Shown piece by piece: positions 7,926-16,896 of a stretch of 64,000 bases of DNA. How positions within the stretch are numbered: position 1 is the stretch's first letter; each line of letters begins with the position of its first letter. This DNA is from Klebsiella phage HMGUkp2. The translations under genes were made by a program, and so were the position numbers. The DNA lies in the sequence record PV683292.1; one strand, given 5' to 3'. Below the pieces are notes generated by a model, which saw nothing but the letters and a program-made list of their open reading frames with translations, was not told where the DNA came from and searched no databases.

Positions 7926-10634
7926 ATGAAAGAATTCTTTTTAACTATCGAACAGTTAGGCAACACCATTCACGAGAGATACATCGATTCAAATGGGGTT
8001 GAACAAACTCGTCAGATTGATTATAAACCAACCCTGTTCTATCATTCTGATGTTGAATCAAAGTACAAAGATATCTATGGAATGAATTGTAAGAAAAAAC
8101 GATTCCCGGATATGAAGGAAGCTCGTAACTGGATTCGTAGAATGGAAGACATCGGGCAGGATGCAATGGGCATGGATGACTTCAAGCTGGCCTATTTGTC
8201 TGACAGGTACCCAGGTGAAATTCATTTTAACCCGGCGTTAGTTCGCCAGTGTAACTATGACATCGAAGTAACAGCACCGGAATTTCCAAAGCCTAATGAA
8301 GCCAAGTATCCTATCGATGCGTTAACTCATTACGATAGTATTGCTGATAAGTTCTATGTGTTTGACCTTCTGAATTCTCCTTATGGTAAAGTATCTAAGT
8401 GGGACCCGGTACTAGCCGGTAAGCCTGAATCAGAAGGTGGTGATGAAATCCCTCAGGATATTCTCGACCGAGTTGTTTATCTGCCGTTTGATAACGAACA
8501 AGAACTTCTTCTCGAATACCTGAATCTGTGGGAACAGCAGACACCTGTTATTCTGACAGGCTGGAACGTAGAAAGTTTCGATAACCCGTACGTTTATAAT
8601 CGACTGAAGAATGTGTTTGGTGAAAAGACTGCTAAACGTTTAAGCCCTCTTCGTAAAGTCAATAGCAAAATTATTGCCGACACCTTTGGTGATGAGCGTG
8701 AAATTATCACACCGTTGGGTATCAGTGTTCTTGACTACCTAGATTTATATAAGAAATTTAGTTTTACGAACCAGCCTTCGTATCGCCTTGACTACGTAGC
8801 TGAGTATGAACTTGGTGTAGGTAAATTAGAATACGACGGACCTATCAACAAACTTCGTGAAACTAACCACCAACGATATATTTCGTATAACATTATCGAC
8901 GTTGCTCGAGTACAACAAATCGATAAAAAACGTCAGTTCTTGAACCTGGCGTTAGATATGGCTTATTATGCTAAAATGCCGATGCAGTCTGTGTTCAGCC
9001 CTATTAAGACTTGGGATGCAATCATCTTTAACTCTTTGAAGAACGACAATAAAGTCATTCCTCAGAAAAAGCACCACATTCCACAAAGTTATCCAGGTGC
9101 ATATGTTAAAGAGCCTACTCCTAATAGTTACAAGTACGTTATATCTGCTGACTTGACATCTCTGTATCCAAGTATTATTCGACAAGTTAACATAAGCCCG
9201 GAAACTTTGCACGGCCAGTTTGCTGTTCGACCTCTTCATGAATATATCGCTGGGACCGCTCCAAAACCGAGCGAAGAATACTCTTGTTCACCTAACGGTT
9301 GGATGTATCGTAAAGATATCGATGGTGTCGTACCGGTTGAAATTAAGAAAGTTTTCGACCAGCGTAAACTTCATAAAGGATTTATGTTGGCTGCCCAACG
9401 TAATGCGGAACTTATTAAAGAAGCATTGCATAATCCAAAGAGCACTTCTGATAAATCAGAACCAACTCTTGATTACCGTTTCGATATGGAAGAAAGTATC
9501 AAGGCCCAGCTTCATGATTTGAACGAAGCTATCTTGTTGAGTATGCTTGATAAAGCAACTCGTACTGAAGTAGCCGGTATGACTGCACAGATCTGTCGTA
9601 AACTACTTATCAACTCGCTTTATGGTGCACTTGGTAACGTACACTTCCGTTATTATGACCTTCGTAACGCAACGGCAATCACTTTGTTTGGCCAGTTGGC
9701 ACTGCAATGGATTGAACGACGAGTGAACGAGTTCTACAATGAAACACTGAAGACTGGTAACCATAAGTATGTTATCTATGGTGACACAGACTCAATTTAT
9801 ATGTGTGTAGACCCATTAATTGAGAAGATTGGTGAAGACAAGTTCCGTGACACGAACCATTTAGTAGACTTCTTAGATAAGTTTGCTAAAGAAAAATTAG
9901 AGCCAGCTATTGGCCGTGCATTCCAAGATATGTGCGACTACATGAACAACAAAGAACAGCTGATGTTCATGGACCGAGAAGCTATTGCTTGTCCTCCGTT
10001 AGGTTCTAAAGGTCTTGGTGGTTTCTGGACTGGTAAGAAGCGATACGCTTTGAACGTGTATGACATGGAAGGGACTCGATATGCGGACCCTAAAATGAAA
10101 ATTATGGGCCTTGAAACACAGAAATCAAGTACTCCTAAAGCATGTCAGAAAGCGTTGAAAGAATGCATCCGTCGTATGCTTCAAGAAGGTGAAAGCTCAT
10201 TACAAGACTACTATAAAGAGTTTGAACAAGAATTCCGTAAGCAGCACTATATGACTATTGCTGGCGTTAGTTCTGCAAACAACATCGCCCAGTACGACGA
10301 TAACGGTTATCCAGGATATAAGTGCCCGTTCCATATTCGTGGAATCCTAGCTTATAACCGTGCAACCAAAAACATTCCTGATGCAGAAGCAATTGTCGAA
10401 GGTTCTAAAGTAATGGTACTCCCATTACGGGACCAGAACCCATTCGGTGATAAATGCATCGCATGGCCGTCAGGTACTCAAATTAATCCTGCTATTCGTG
10501 AAGATGTATTAAAATACCTTGACTATTCGACTTTGTTCCAGAAAACGTTTGTTAAACCGTTGTCTGGGTTTACCACGGCGGCTAGAATCAATTATGAACA
10601 TGTCGCGACCTTAGATGATATCTTAGGGTGGTAG
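7926..10634 (+). CDS. 43: DNA polymerase gp43 (family B), 902 aa
   Basis: Exo and pol motifs are present (FDIE, YGDTDS, KILINSLYGALG). It is collinear with T4 gp43 (898 aa) and RB69 gp43 (903 aa), and closer to the RB69 type. Confidence 0.95.
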   Translation: MKEFFLTIEQLGNTIHERYIDSNGVEQTRQIDYKPTLFYHSDVESKYKDIYGMNCKKKRFPDMKEARNWIRRMEDIGQDAMGMDDFKLAYLSDRYPGEIHFNPALVRQCNYDIEVTAPEFPKPNEAKYPIDALTHYDSIADKFYVFDLLNSPYGKVSKWDPVLAGKPESEGGDEIPQDILDRVVYLPFDNEQELLLEYLNLWEQQTPVILTGWNVESFDNPYVYNRLKNVFGEKTAKRLSPLRKVNSKIIADTFGDEREIITPLGISVLDYLDLYKKFSFTNQPSYRLDYVAEYELGVGKLEYDGPINKLRETNHQRYISYNIIDVARVQQIDKKRQFLNLALDMAYYAKMPMQSVFSPIKTWDAIIFNSLKNDNKVIPQKKHHIPQSYPGAYVKEPTPNSYKYVISADLTSLYPSIIRQVNISPETLHGQFAVRPLHEYIAGTAPKPSEEYSCSPNGWMYRKDIDGVVPVEIKKVFDQRKLHKGFMLAAQRNAELIKEALHNPKSTSDKSEPTLDYRFDMEESIKAQLHDLNEAILLSMLDKATRTEVAGMTAQICRKLLINSLYGALGNVHFRYYDLRNATAITLFGQLALQWIERRVNEFYNETLKTGNHKYVIYGDTDSIYMCVDPLIEKIGEDKFRDTNHLVDFLDKFAKEKLEPAIGRAFQDMCDYMNNKEQLMFMDREAIACPPLGSKGLGGFWTGKKRYALNVYDMEGTRYADPKMKIMGLETQKSSTPKACQKALKECIRRMLQEGESSLQDYYKEFEQEFRKQHYMTIAGVSSANNIAQYDDNGYPGYKCPFHIRGILAYNRATKNIPDAEAIVEGSKVMVLPLRDQNPFGDKCIAWPSGTQINPAIREDVLKYLDYSTLFQKTFVKPLSGFTTAARINYEHVATLDDILGW

Positions 10635-10695
10635 TATAGATTAGGCCAGGCCCTAAAGTGATTCTAGGGCCTCGCTTTAATTATTATGTAGTATA

Positions 10696-12390
10696 ATGGC
10701 TCCGTCAACAATTGAGGAACACAAAATGCGTAAAGTAGTTATCTTAGGTGCCGGTCTTGGGTCTCGCTTATATCCAATTACCAATGAGATCCCTAAAGTG
10801 CTTGTAAACTATAAACAGCACACAGTTTTTAAACACCTGGTTGATTTGTATAAAAATCAATCAGATGAAATTATTCTAGTAATTCATAGTAAATTTGATG
10901 GGCTAGTTCGTGGATACATGAAGTCGGTTGGAATAAGCGATATCACCATTCGCCATGTTGATGTATCCATAGGTTCTGCACACGCTATTGATTGTATTGC
11001 TGATGATATCGTAGGACACAACGTACTATTCAACTGGTGTGACATTATTCCGGAAGGCCACAAAGTAGAATGGGGTAACGATTATTGCTATACCTTTGGT
11101 ACAGATTGCCGTTTCACTTTTGAAGAACCGTATTTTCGTGAAATTGGGACAGGTGGCGGTGTGGTTGGCCTGTATCAAGTAGCTAAATGGCCCGGGTTCT
11201 GTTCTTTTGAAGGCAACTACGGTGAAGACCTTGCCGACAATTTAGATTCTATGGTTTATATGACCGAGCGTAAGCTAGAGGCAGTCATTGACATCGGCGA
11301 TAAGATTAAATTGGCCGAAGCACATAAAACCTCTGAGATTAATCGTGACTTTAACAAGCTCAAATTTACAGATCAACACGCTATTAAAATCCCGACTAAT
11401 GAGTATGGTAAAGAAATTCAAGCTAAAGAGCTTAAATGGTATAATTCTGTACAATCGAAATTTATTCCTACTATTGTAGATTTCACACCAGGCGAATTTA
11501 TTAAAATGGAACGAATCTACGGTAAAACCATGGCAGATGCGTACCCTCTGATGACCAAAGATACCCAAGTATTAATGGTATATAAAGTAATCAGTGCTCT
11601 GAAATCATTAGGCGGCGATATCTATATTCCTACCGACGAACAGTGGTACGCGGACGTTAAGAAAGAAGTTCTTGATAAGGTATTAATCCGCAACGATTCT
11701 ATTAAAGAACTTTTAGAAGGGTTTGCACCTGAAGGCATTACCCATGTTAATGATTTTAAAGTAGGTAAGCCAGAAAAACTGCTGGAACACGCATTAGAAA
11801 TTCTATCCGAGCATAAAGAACCGTACCAGTTGATTCATGGGGACCCGCATTATTCTAACATTATGTTTACTGATTCGGGTGATATTAAAATTATAGACCC
11901 GCGTGGATATTTTGGTAATAGCCAATACGGCCCTACCATTTATGATGAAGCTAAAGTGCTTTATTCTATTGATGGGTACGATAAATTTAATGCAGACCCA
12001 CTATGGGGCGGTATTTCTCGGAATGGCACTAGGCTGTTTGTCGAGATTGAGAAAGTAATGCCGTTAGATGATATTCCTATGTGTACCTTTAAGCATAAAC
12101 TGTGGATTGCTGTTATTTGGATGGCTTTAGCAGGCTATTTCAAGAACAATCCGCTTAAGGCTATTGGCGCTTATTATCATGGTCTATATCAGCTGAGTGT
12201 GCTGCTTAAAAGTCAGCCTCGTAAACGCAAACTTATCGATGGCACAGAAGTAACTGAAGTTAAAGACCCTATCACAGCTTCTATTATTACCAGATGCCCT
12301 GATAAATGGGAACTGCTTGATAAAGAAACTGGTGTAAAATATAAACCAATTGGTGGTAACATCACCCATCAGTGGGAACGAATTGGGTAA
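10696..12390 (+). CDS. bifunctional sugar-1-phosphate nucleotidyltransferase (N-terminal) / APH-choline-kinase-fold sugar kinase (C-terminal), 564 aa
   Basis: N-terminus ILGAGLGSRLYPITNEIPKVLV is the G-x-G-[ST]-R-x-P-x-T-x(3)-P-K signature of RmlA/LicC/MurU-type NTP transferases. C-terminus LIHGDPHYSNIMF...IKIIDPRG is the HGDxxxxN plus IID catalytic core of AmgK/LicA/APH kinases. An alternative start at 10726 (MRKVV) is possible. Confidence 0.7.
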   Translation: MAPSTIEEHKMRKVVILGAGLGSRLYPITNEIPKVLVNYKQHTVFKHLVDLYKNQSDEIILVIHSKFDGLVRGYMKSVGISDITIRHVDVSIGSAHAIDCIADDIVGHNVLFNWCDIIPEGHKVEWGNDYCYTFGTDCRFTFEEPYFREIGTGGGVVGLYQVAKWPGFCSFEGNYGEDLADNLDSMVYMTERKLEAVIDIGDKIKLAEAHKTSEINRDFNKLKFTDQHAIKIPTNEYGKEIQAKELKWYNSVQSKFIPTIVDFTPGEFIKMERIYGKTMADAYPLMTKDTQVLMVYKVISALKSLGGDIYIPTDEQWYADVKKEVLDKVLIRNDSIKELLEGFAPEGITHVNDFKVGKPEKLLEHALEILSEHKEPYQLIHGDPHYSNIMFTDSGDIKIIDPRGYFGNSQYGPTIYDEAKVLYSIDGYDKFNADPLWGGISRNGTRLFVEIEKVMPLDDIPMCTFKHKLWIAVIWMALAGYFKNNPLKAIGAYYHGLYQLSVLLKSQPRKRKLIDGTEVTEVKDPITASIITRCPDKWELLDKETGVKYKPIGGNITHQWERIG

Positions 12391-12413
12391 TCCCAGTTCG
12401 TAATTAAGATGTT

Positions 12414-12436
12414 GAGGAGGCTAAAGCCTCCTCTTA
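12414..12436 (+). other. intercistronic hairpin (gaggaggc-taaa-gcctcctc)
   Basis: Perfect 8-bp stem between the NTase/kinase gene and the HAD gene, with a weak T tract. Confidence 0.4.
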
Positions 12437-12453
12437 AACTATAAGGCCTATTA

Positions 12454-12813
12454 ATGAATCTCTGTTTCGACATCGACAACACAATCACGATATGGAATAG
12501 CAACCGTGATTATCTGAATTTTGAGCCGGACCCAGAAATGGTGGCCATAATTAACAAGCTCTATGATGAAGGCCACGAGATAACCTTGTATACGGCCCGT
12601 GGTATGACCTCTTGTGGCCCTGGTCGAATTCTGACTGAAGTGGTCCCGGCTCTTGTAAAGAACCTTGAAAAAATTGGACTGAAGTATCATAACCTGCTTA
12701 CACATAAACCAAGTTATGATTTTATTATTGACGACCGGGCAATTCGTCCTGATCACTTTAAGAAAATGATTCAAGATGGCACATTTGAAACATACAAGGC
12801 GTATCATCCATGA
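12454..12813 (+). CDS. minimal HAD-superfamily phosphatase, 119 aa
   Basis: All four HAD motifs are present: FDIDNTIT (DxDxT), TLYTAR, HKP (Lys), DFIIDDR. The size suggests a cap-less GmhB/KdsC-like sugar-phosphate phosphatase. Confidence 0.65.
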   Translation: MNLCFDIDNTITIWNSNRDYLNFEPDPEMVAIINKLYDEGHEITLYTARGMTSCGPGRILTEVVPALVKNLEKIGLKYHNLLTHKPSYDFIIDDRAIRPDHFKKMIQDGTFETYKAYHP

Positions 12814-13373
12814 GTCCTAAAATTATTGTTGTAGACGGCCCTGATAATTCAGGGAAGTCTACTTTAATTAACAAGTTACTTAATAATACTAATTTTAAGC
12901 TTATTGATTTTCCTAAGAAAATTAACGGCAAGTGTATTTCTATAGGCACCGATAACGATAAGGCTTTAGTAGAGACCTTATATAAATTTTTAGACCCTAA
13001 TTTCGTCTACATCTTAGATCGCGGTTATCCTAGTAATATTGTTTACTCTGGATTTCTTCGTGGCGAAATGGACCCGTTCGAAGAACTTAAAGACTGGGAA
13101 GAATTCAAAGAAGAGTTCAATGTCATCGAGGTTATTTTAACTCGCAATCCGTTGGACGAGGACTTTGAAGACGATCTTATTAAGCTGACTAAGGATGAGT
13201 TCAATATGACTATTCGTCAGTATGAAACCCACTTTAAGAACGTGTTCAAGATTCTTAATCATGACGGTAAGAATAATCTGCTTAACGTAGATACAGTAGA
13301 ATTAAAACGTTTGAACGGCTATATTAATTATGAGGTTAGTAAACGAAACGCATTACAAAGGCCTCTACATTAA
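12810..13373 (+). CDS. P-loop kinase, thymidylate/deoxynucleotide-kinase-like, 187 aa
   Basis: Walker A VDGPDNSGKST, and a downstream ILDRGYPSNIVYSG resembling the DR[YFH] motif of the dTMP-kinase family. Start overlaps the HAD stop. Confidence 0.5.
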   Translation: MSPKIIVVDGPDNSGKSTLINKLLNNTNFKLIDFPKKINGKCISIGTDNDKALVETLYKFLDPNFVYILDRGYPSNIVYSGFLRGEMDPFEELKDWEEFKEEFNVIEVILTRNPLDEDFEDDLIKLTKDEFNMTIRQYETHFKNVFKILNHDGKNNLLNVDTVELKRLNGYINYEVSKRNALQRPLH

Positions 13374-13523
13374 TTACTGACGGCAAAGCTATATACTATG
13401 ATTAATTCAAAACCTTAATGAATAAAGGTGAATTTGAATTTTTAATCTTATAACCAAACTTATAAAAATAATTTAAAGTAAGACCTGCAAAAACCGTCGC
13501 GTCAGTTAACAACGAGATGCAAA

Positions 13524-14684
13524 ATGAATATTTTTAAAGTAGGAACAAATTTCGATTTAGCTTTGTTGGATAAAATTGTAGAACTCAGCAAAAAATATCC
13601 GAACAGCCTTATTAACGAGGTATACGGCTCTACTAGAGAAATGGCCTTCATCGCAGCAAGGCCTGATTTCAGATTACCTGATGTCGGGAAGTCTTTTCTT
13701 GAAGAGTATGTCAAGCGCTGTAATGAACTAGGAATCTGTTTTAATTATACTTTTAACACAATAAATCCAGGTTCAAAACGAGAACTTGATGAATGGAAAA
13801 AGAAAGCTATTCAAGAGTACGTTCAGTATCTTTGGTCTATAGGTGTTTGGCGTATCACTATAGCTAACCCAGTTGTAATGGAAATTGTTCGTGAAGTCAA
13901 TAAAGAGATTGAGATCGAAGTTTCAACTATACTTCATATTGATGCCGTGACTCAAATCAAATATCTTCACGACCAATACAACATTAAGAAAGTGTGTTGT
14001 GGAATTCATAAGAACCGGTCTGTTAACTTCTTGAAGCAGGCCGCGGCGTTTTGTAATGAAAACGGAATTATTTTTGAAGTCCTTGTTAACGAGTTCTGTT
14101 CTAACGCCGGAAAAGGTTATACAACTCACTGCAGTTATCGTGACTCTTGTTATATTTTCCATAGCACAGATGTTACAGCTGACGATGCTAAATCCTTAAA
14201 TGGCTATCCGATGCAACACTGCATTAAAGCTCGAGACACTGATCCGTTTAACTGGTTACGAACTCGCTTTGTTCGCCCGCAAGACCTGCATCTGTACCGT
14301 GACATCGGTATCACACAGTTCAAAGTTTCTGGACGTACTGGCTCAACTGAGTACATTATGAAGGTCCTTGAGGCGTATTCTTCAGAGAAGTTTGAAGGTA
14401 ATCTTCTTGAGCTGTGGAAACCTCTCGAAACCATCTACAATGGCGAATCAGATGCTAACTATAGCCATACCGTGAACATCGAAACATCGCTGTTAGACGG
14501 CTTTCTTGAAAAACGTTGGTTCAAACATCCTACGTTTGATTGCGCTAATGAAGTCTGCGGCAGTACTTGTACTTACTGTGAGCGTTACTATAAGCGTCAG
14601 TTATCTAAAAATGACCGCCCGCTGAATTCTATTCAGATCGTAGACGTTACCAGTTCAGACGACGAACTTCGTTACCCAGAATAA
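13524..14684 (+). CDS. 386-aa protein with U32-family-like features (RlhA/TrhP/UbiU-type TIM barrel with Cys cluster). Function unknown.
   Basis: N-terminal pattern EVYGS..ARPDF....FLEEYV..C.ELGI.FNYTFNTIN resembles the U32 N-terminus. EVLVNEFCSNAGKGYTTHCSYRDSC resembles the U32 signature E-x-F-x2-G-[SA]-[LIVM]-C-x4-G-x-C. The C-terminus has an additional CxxxCxYC cluster. Assignment is from memory only. Confidence 0.35.
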   Translation: MNIFKVGTNFDLALLDKIVELSKKYPNSLINEVYGSTREMAFIAARPDFRLPDVGKSFLEEYVKRCNELGICFNYTFNTINPGSKRELDEWKKKAIQEYVQYLWSIGVWRITIANPVVMEIVREVNKEIEIEVSTILHIDAVTQIKYLHDQYNIKKVCCGIHKNRSVNFLKQAAAFCNENGIIFEVLVNEFCSNAGKGYTTHCSYRDSCYIFHSTDVTADDAKSLNGYPMQHCIKARDTDPFNWLRTRFVRPQDLHLYRDIGITQFKVSGRTGSTEYIMKVLEAYSSEKFEGNLLELWKPLETIYNGESDANYSHTVNIETSLLDGFLEKRWFKHPTFDCANEVCGSTCTYCERYYKRQLSKNDRPLNSIQIVDVTSSDDELRYPE

Positions 14685-14686
14685 GC

Positions 14687-14708
14687 AAAGAGGCTTAGGC
14701 CTCTTTTA
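14687..14708 (+). terminator. terminator-like hairpin (aaagaggc-ttag-gcctcttt + TT)
   Basis: 8-bp stem and T-run, followed by agtatataat (a -10-like element) upstream of gene 42. Confidence 0.45.
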
Positions 14709-14727
14709 GTATATAATAGGATTTTTA

Positions 14728-15441
14728 ATGTCAGAGCACAACAGAATGAAACATATTTCATATCCGTCTTTCCAGACCGCATTCAAAGTACTGAATGAAG
14801 AGATTCTCAACAATCCGCAGTTCGTTATTGATTCTCGTATTGGCCGTTGTAATGAAATCGGTTCTGCTTCAATTGAAGTAACCGATCCGACAACGTTCAA
14901 ATTCACTGATCCTCGTATCAACCGCATTAGTTATGAATATGCCGAAGCCTTCTGGCAATTCATGATTTCTGGTGGTACTGATGCTGCTGAAGCATTTAAG
15001 GAATACCCGAATGTTGCTAAGTTCATTGATAAGCCGAAAAGTGACGTACTGCCTGCAAACTTCAACACTTTCTATGGGCCTCGAATTGCTGCCCAGCTCC
15101 CAGCCTTACTTAAAGAGCTTAAAGAAAAGGCTAACTCGCGACGGGTTGTATTCCAAATTCTTCAAGAGAAAGACCAAGCACTGTTAGATTCAGATGAATC
15201 CCTCGAATACCCGTGCACAGATTCTATAACATACTATATCCGTGAAGGCAAGCTTTATGCCCATACACATATGCGTTCACAGAACTGTGCTGTAGTGATG
15301 CAGCTGGACTTTTATCTGCAAGGCAAGTTAATGCAATACATTGCAGATCAATGTGGTGTACAATTAGGTACGTATTCTCACACTATGGTTTCAGCCCACG
15401 TCTTTGAACGTGATTTTGATTATGTAAGAGGTTTTATCTGA
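14728..15441 (+). CDS. 42: dCMP hydroxymethylase gp42 (thymidylate-synthase fold), 237 aa
   Basis: YPCTDSITYYIREGKLYAHTHMRSQNCAVVMQLDFYLQGKLMQYIADQ aligns with T4 gp42 FMCTNTVQYLIRDKKINAVVNMRSNDVVFGFRNDYAWQKYVLDKL. It is distinct from td, which is elsewhere in the window. Confidence 0.8.
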   Translation: MSEHNRMKHISYPSFQTAFKVLNEEILNNPQFVIDSRIGRCNEIGSASIEVTDPTTFKFTDPRINRISYEYAEAFWQFMISGGTDAAEAFKEYPNVAKFIDKPKSDVLPANFNTFYGPRIAAQLPALLKELKEKANSRRVVFQILQEKDQALLDSDESLEYPCTDSITYYIREGKLYAHTHMRSQNCAVVMQLDFYLQGKLMQYIADQCGVQLGTYSHTMVSAHVFERDFDYVRGFI

Positions 15442-16337
15442 TGGCTTATTTCCGTGTACCAATCTTTAGTATGCGAAGCTATGAAACTGGTGAATACGCC
15501 GTCCTTAAGGACGGCAACTTCCAGTTACATTTGAATCGTGCTAGTGCTGGTGATATCATCGCGGTTCCACGTAATGCAAGTGATATCGAAGAGTGTAAAG
15601 AACTATTCCCAGAGTTTGAATTTGTCCCTCTTTGGTACAAGGAAAATGCTTATGAAACTCGTAAACATTTCTGGGAAGAAAATCAGTTTATAGTTGATTC
15701 TTTAGTTGATTACTACGACTGCTCTTATCTAGTGACAGATATTACTGGATATCAAGGCAAACACGAGGTATTCTTTGTTTTTAATATAACTAAAGACCCT
15801 GAGAATCCTCGGTATTATATTGACGAGTTTATTGACATTGACGTTGAATCTGTAAACAAGTCTGTAGCAACGTTTGTTCTTAATCATGGCCAGAAAGACG
15901 TTCTCGTAGCGGCAGGTGCAATTCCGGGCCGTATCTTTGTAGATCAACGGGTCATTAAGCCGAGTGTCATGGAACGTTATACGGAAGGCCTGGAACCAAT
16001 CCACCTTGATGGTATTTTTCATCCATTCCGTATCAGCGATCCGTGTTATCGTTTCGACCAAGTTGTCGAATGCGCTATTGCAGCAGATAGCGTCTTGTAT
16101 ATCACAGACCCGAACATGAGTTTCAAACGTGAACTGTATCCTGAAGAAGCAAAGATCCATGTTCTTCGTCTGTCTAAGAAAGAATACTATCAAGTACTAA
16201 TGGGTCGACCGACTATCCAGTACTTTGAAGACCCTGAAAAAGTGTTTCACCCTGGGTTAGCAGAGTTTATCTATTTTAATGCTAAAATAAATTCTCCATA
16301 TAATATTCCTGCTTATAACCATGTGGTAATTAATTAA
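15441..16337 (+). CDS. hypothetical 298-aa protein in the beta-gt position. Candidate hmC-modifying transferase.
   Basis: ATG overlaps the gene 42 TGA (TGATG), indicating translational coupling. T4 has beta-glucosyltransferase at this locus. No GT motif was recognised by eye. Confidence 0.3.
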   Translation: MAYFRVPIFSMRSYETGEYAVLKDGNFQLHLNRASAGDIIAVPRNASDIEECKELFPEFEFVPLWYKENAYETRKHFWEENQFIVDSLVDYYDCSYLVTDITGYQGKHEVFFVFNITKDPENPRYYIDEFIDIDVESVNKSVATFVLNHGQKDVLVAAGAIPGRIFVDQRVIKPSVMERYTEGLEPIHLDGIFHPFRISDPCYRFDQVVECAIAADSVLYITDPNMSFKRELYPEEAKIHVLRLSKKEYYQVLMGRPTIQYFEDPEKVFHPGLAEFIYFNAKINSPYNIPAYNHVVIN

Positions 16338-16361
16338 TAAGTTTATTTTGTAAACCAGGCG

Positions 16362-16401
16362 GTTTACAATGGTGTAGGAGCGTGTTAAAGTGTTCCTACA
16401 C
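16362..16401 (+). promoter_or_regulatory. early promoter plus inverted-repeat cassette (PeSL-like): GTTTACA-N17-TAAAGT with dyad ggtgtagga/tcctacac
   Basis: A -35 GTTTACA and a 17-nt spacer. A 9-bp perfect inverted repeat flanks the -10. It is one of about 12 paralogous cassettes. Confidence 0.55.
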
Positions 16402-16415
16402 ATTTGGAGAAAACT

Positions 16416-16856
16416 ATGAAACTTAAATCAATTATAGTACTGTCTGCATTAACTCTTACTGGCTGTGCTCAGACTGAAGGATACCCGTATCGTCTTTCTG
16501 ATGTAGGTACAATCTTTACTGTTGGTGGTAACAATATAGGTTATGTCCGTAACGCAAATGCTAATCAGGTTCACTATTCTAGCGACCATGAAGAAGCAAT
16601 GGCTATGAAACGAGAACATGACGCCAAGATGGATGCCATAATCGCCGGTGAGCAAGCAAAGCAACCTAAAAACTCACCATTCAAACGACAGTGTGAAATC
16701 AACTGGAAACTGGATGAAGCCGTACTTCAGCAGCGTTTAATGAATTCTTCTATTCATAACTACGAAGCTAACTATAAAGCCCTGAACAACCATAGGCTGG
16801 CTGCTTATTCCAAAGTGGAAAAGTGTATAGCTAAGGCTGAAGCCAAAGCAAAGTAA
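16416..16856 (+). CDS. lipoprotein (LTGC lipobox), 146 aa
   Basis: MKLKSIIVLSALTLTGCAQ is a signal peptidase II lipobox. Lies downstream of a PeSL promoter with SD ggagaaaa. Confidence 0.6.
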   Translation: MKLKSIIVLSALTLTGCAQTEGYPYRLSDVGTIFTVGGNNIGYVRNANANQVHYSSDHEEAMAMKREHDAKMDAIIAGEQAKQPKNSPFKRQCEINWKLDEAVLQQRLMNSSIHNYEANYKALNNHRLAAYSKVEKCIAKAEAKAK

Positions 16857-16870
16857 GTTTAAAGATTTAA

Positions 16871-16896
16871 TTGCTGTTAAACCTTAGGTGTATAAT
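16871..16896 (+). promoter_or_regulatory. candidate MotA-dependent middle promoter for uvsX (TTGCTG box, 13 nt, TATAAT)
   Basis: attgctgtt followed by 13 nt and then tataat. T4 has a middle promoter upstream of uvsX, and motA and asiA are present in this window. Confidence 0.3.

Noticed and set aside
10696-10728. Choice between ATG 10696 and ATG 10726 for the NTase/kinase
   Set aside because: Not resolved. A -10-like tagtataat overlaps the 10696 ATG, which favours 10726 if transcription starts there. I reported the longer ORF with this caveat.
12810-13373. Calling the P-loop kinase the dNMP kinase (gene 1)
   Set aside because: T4 gene 1 is located elsewhere and is 241 aa. The motif similarity (Walker A plus DR[YF]-like) supports only the dTMP-kinase superfamily. 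Its role could equally be in sugar or nucleotide metabolism within the cassette.
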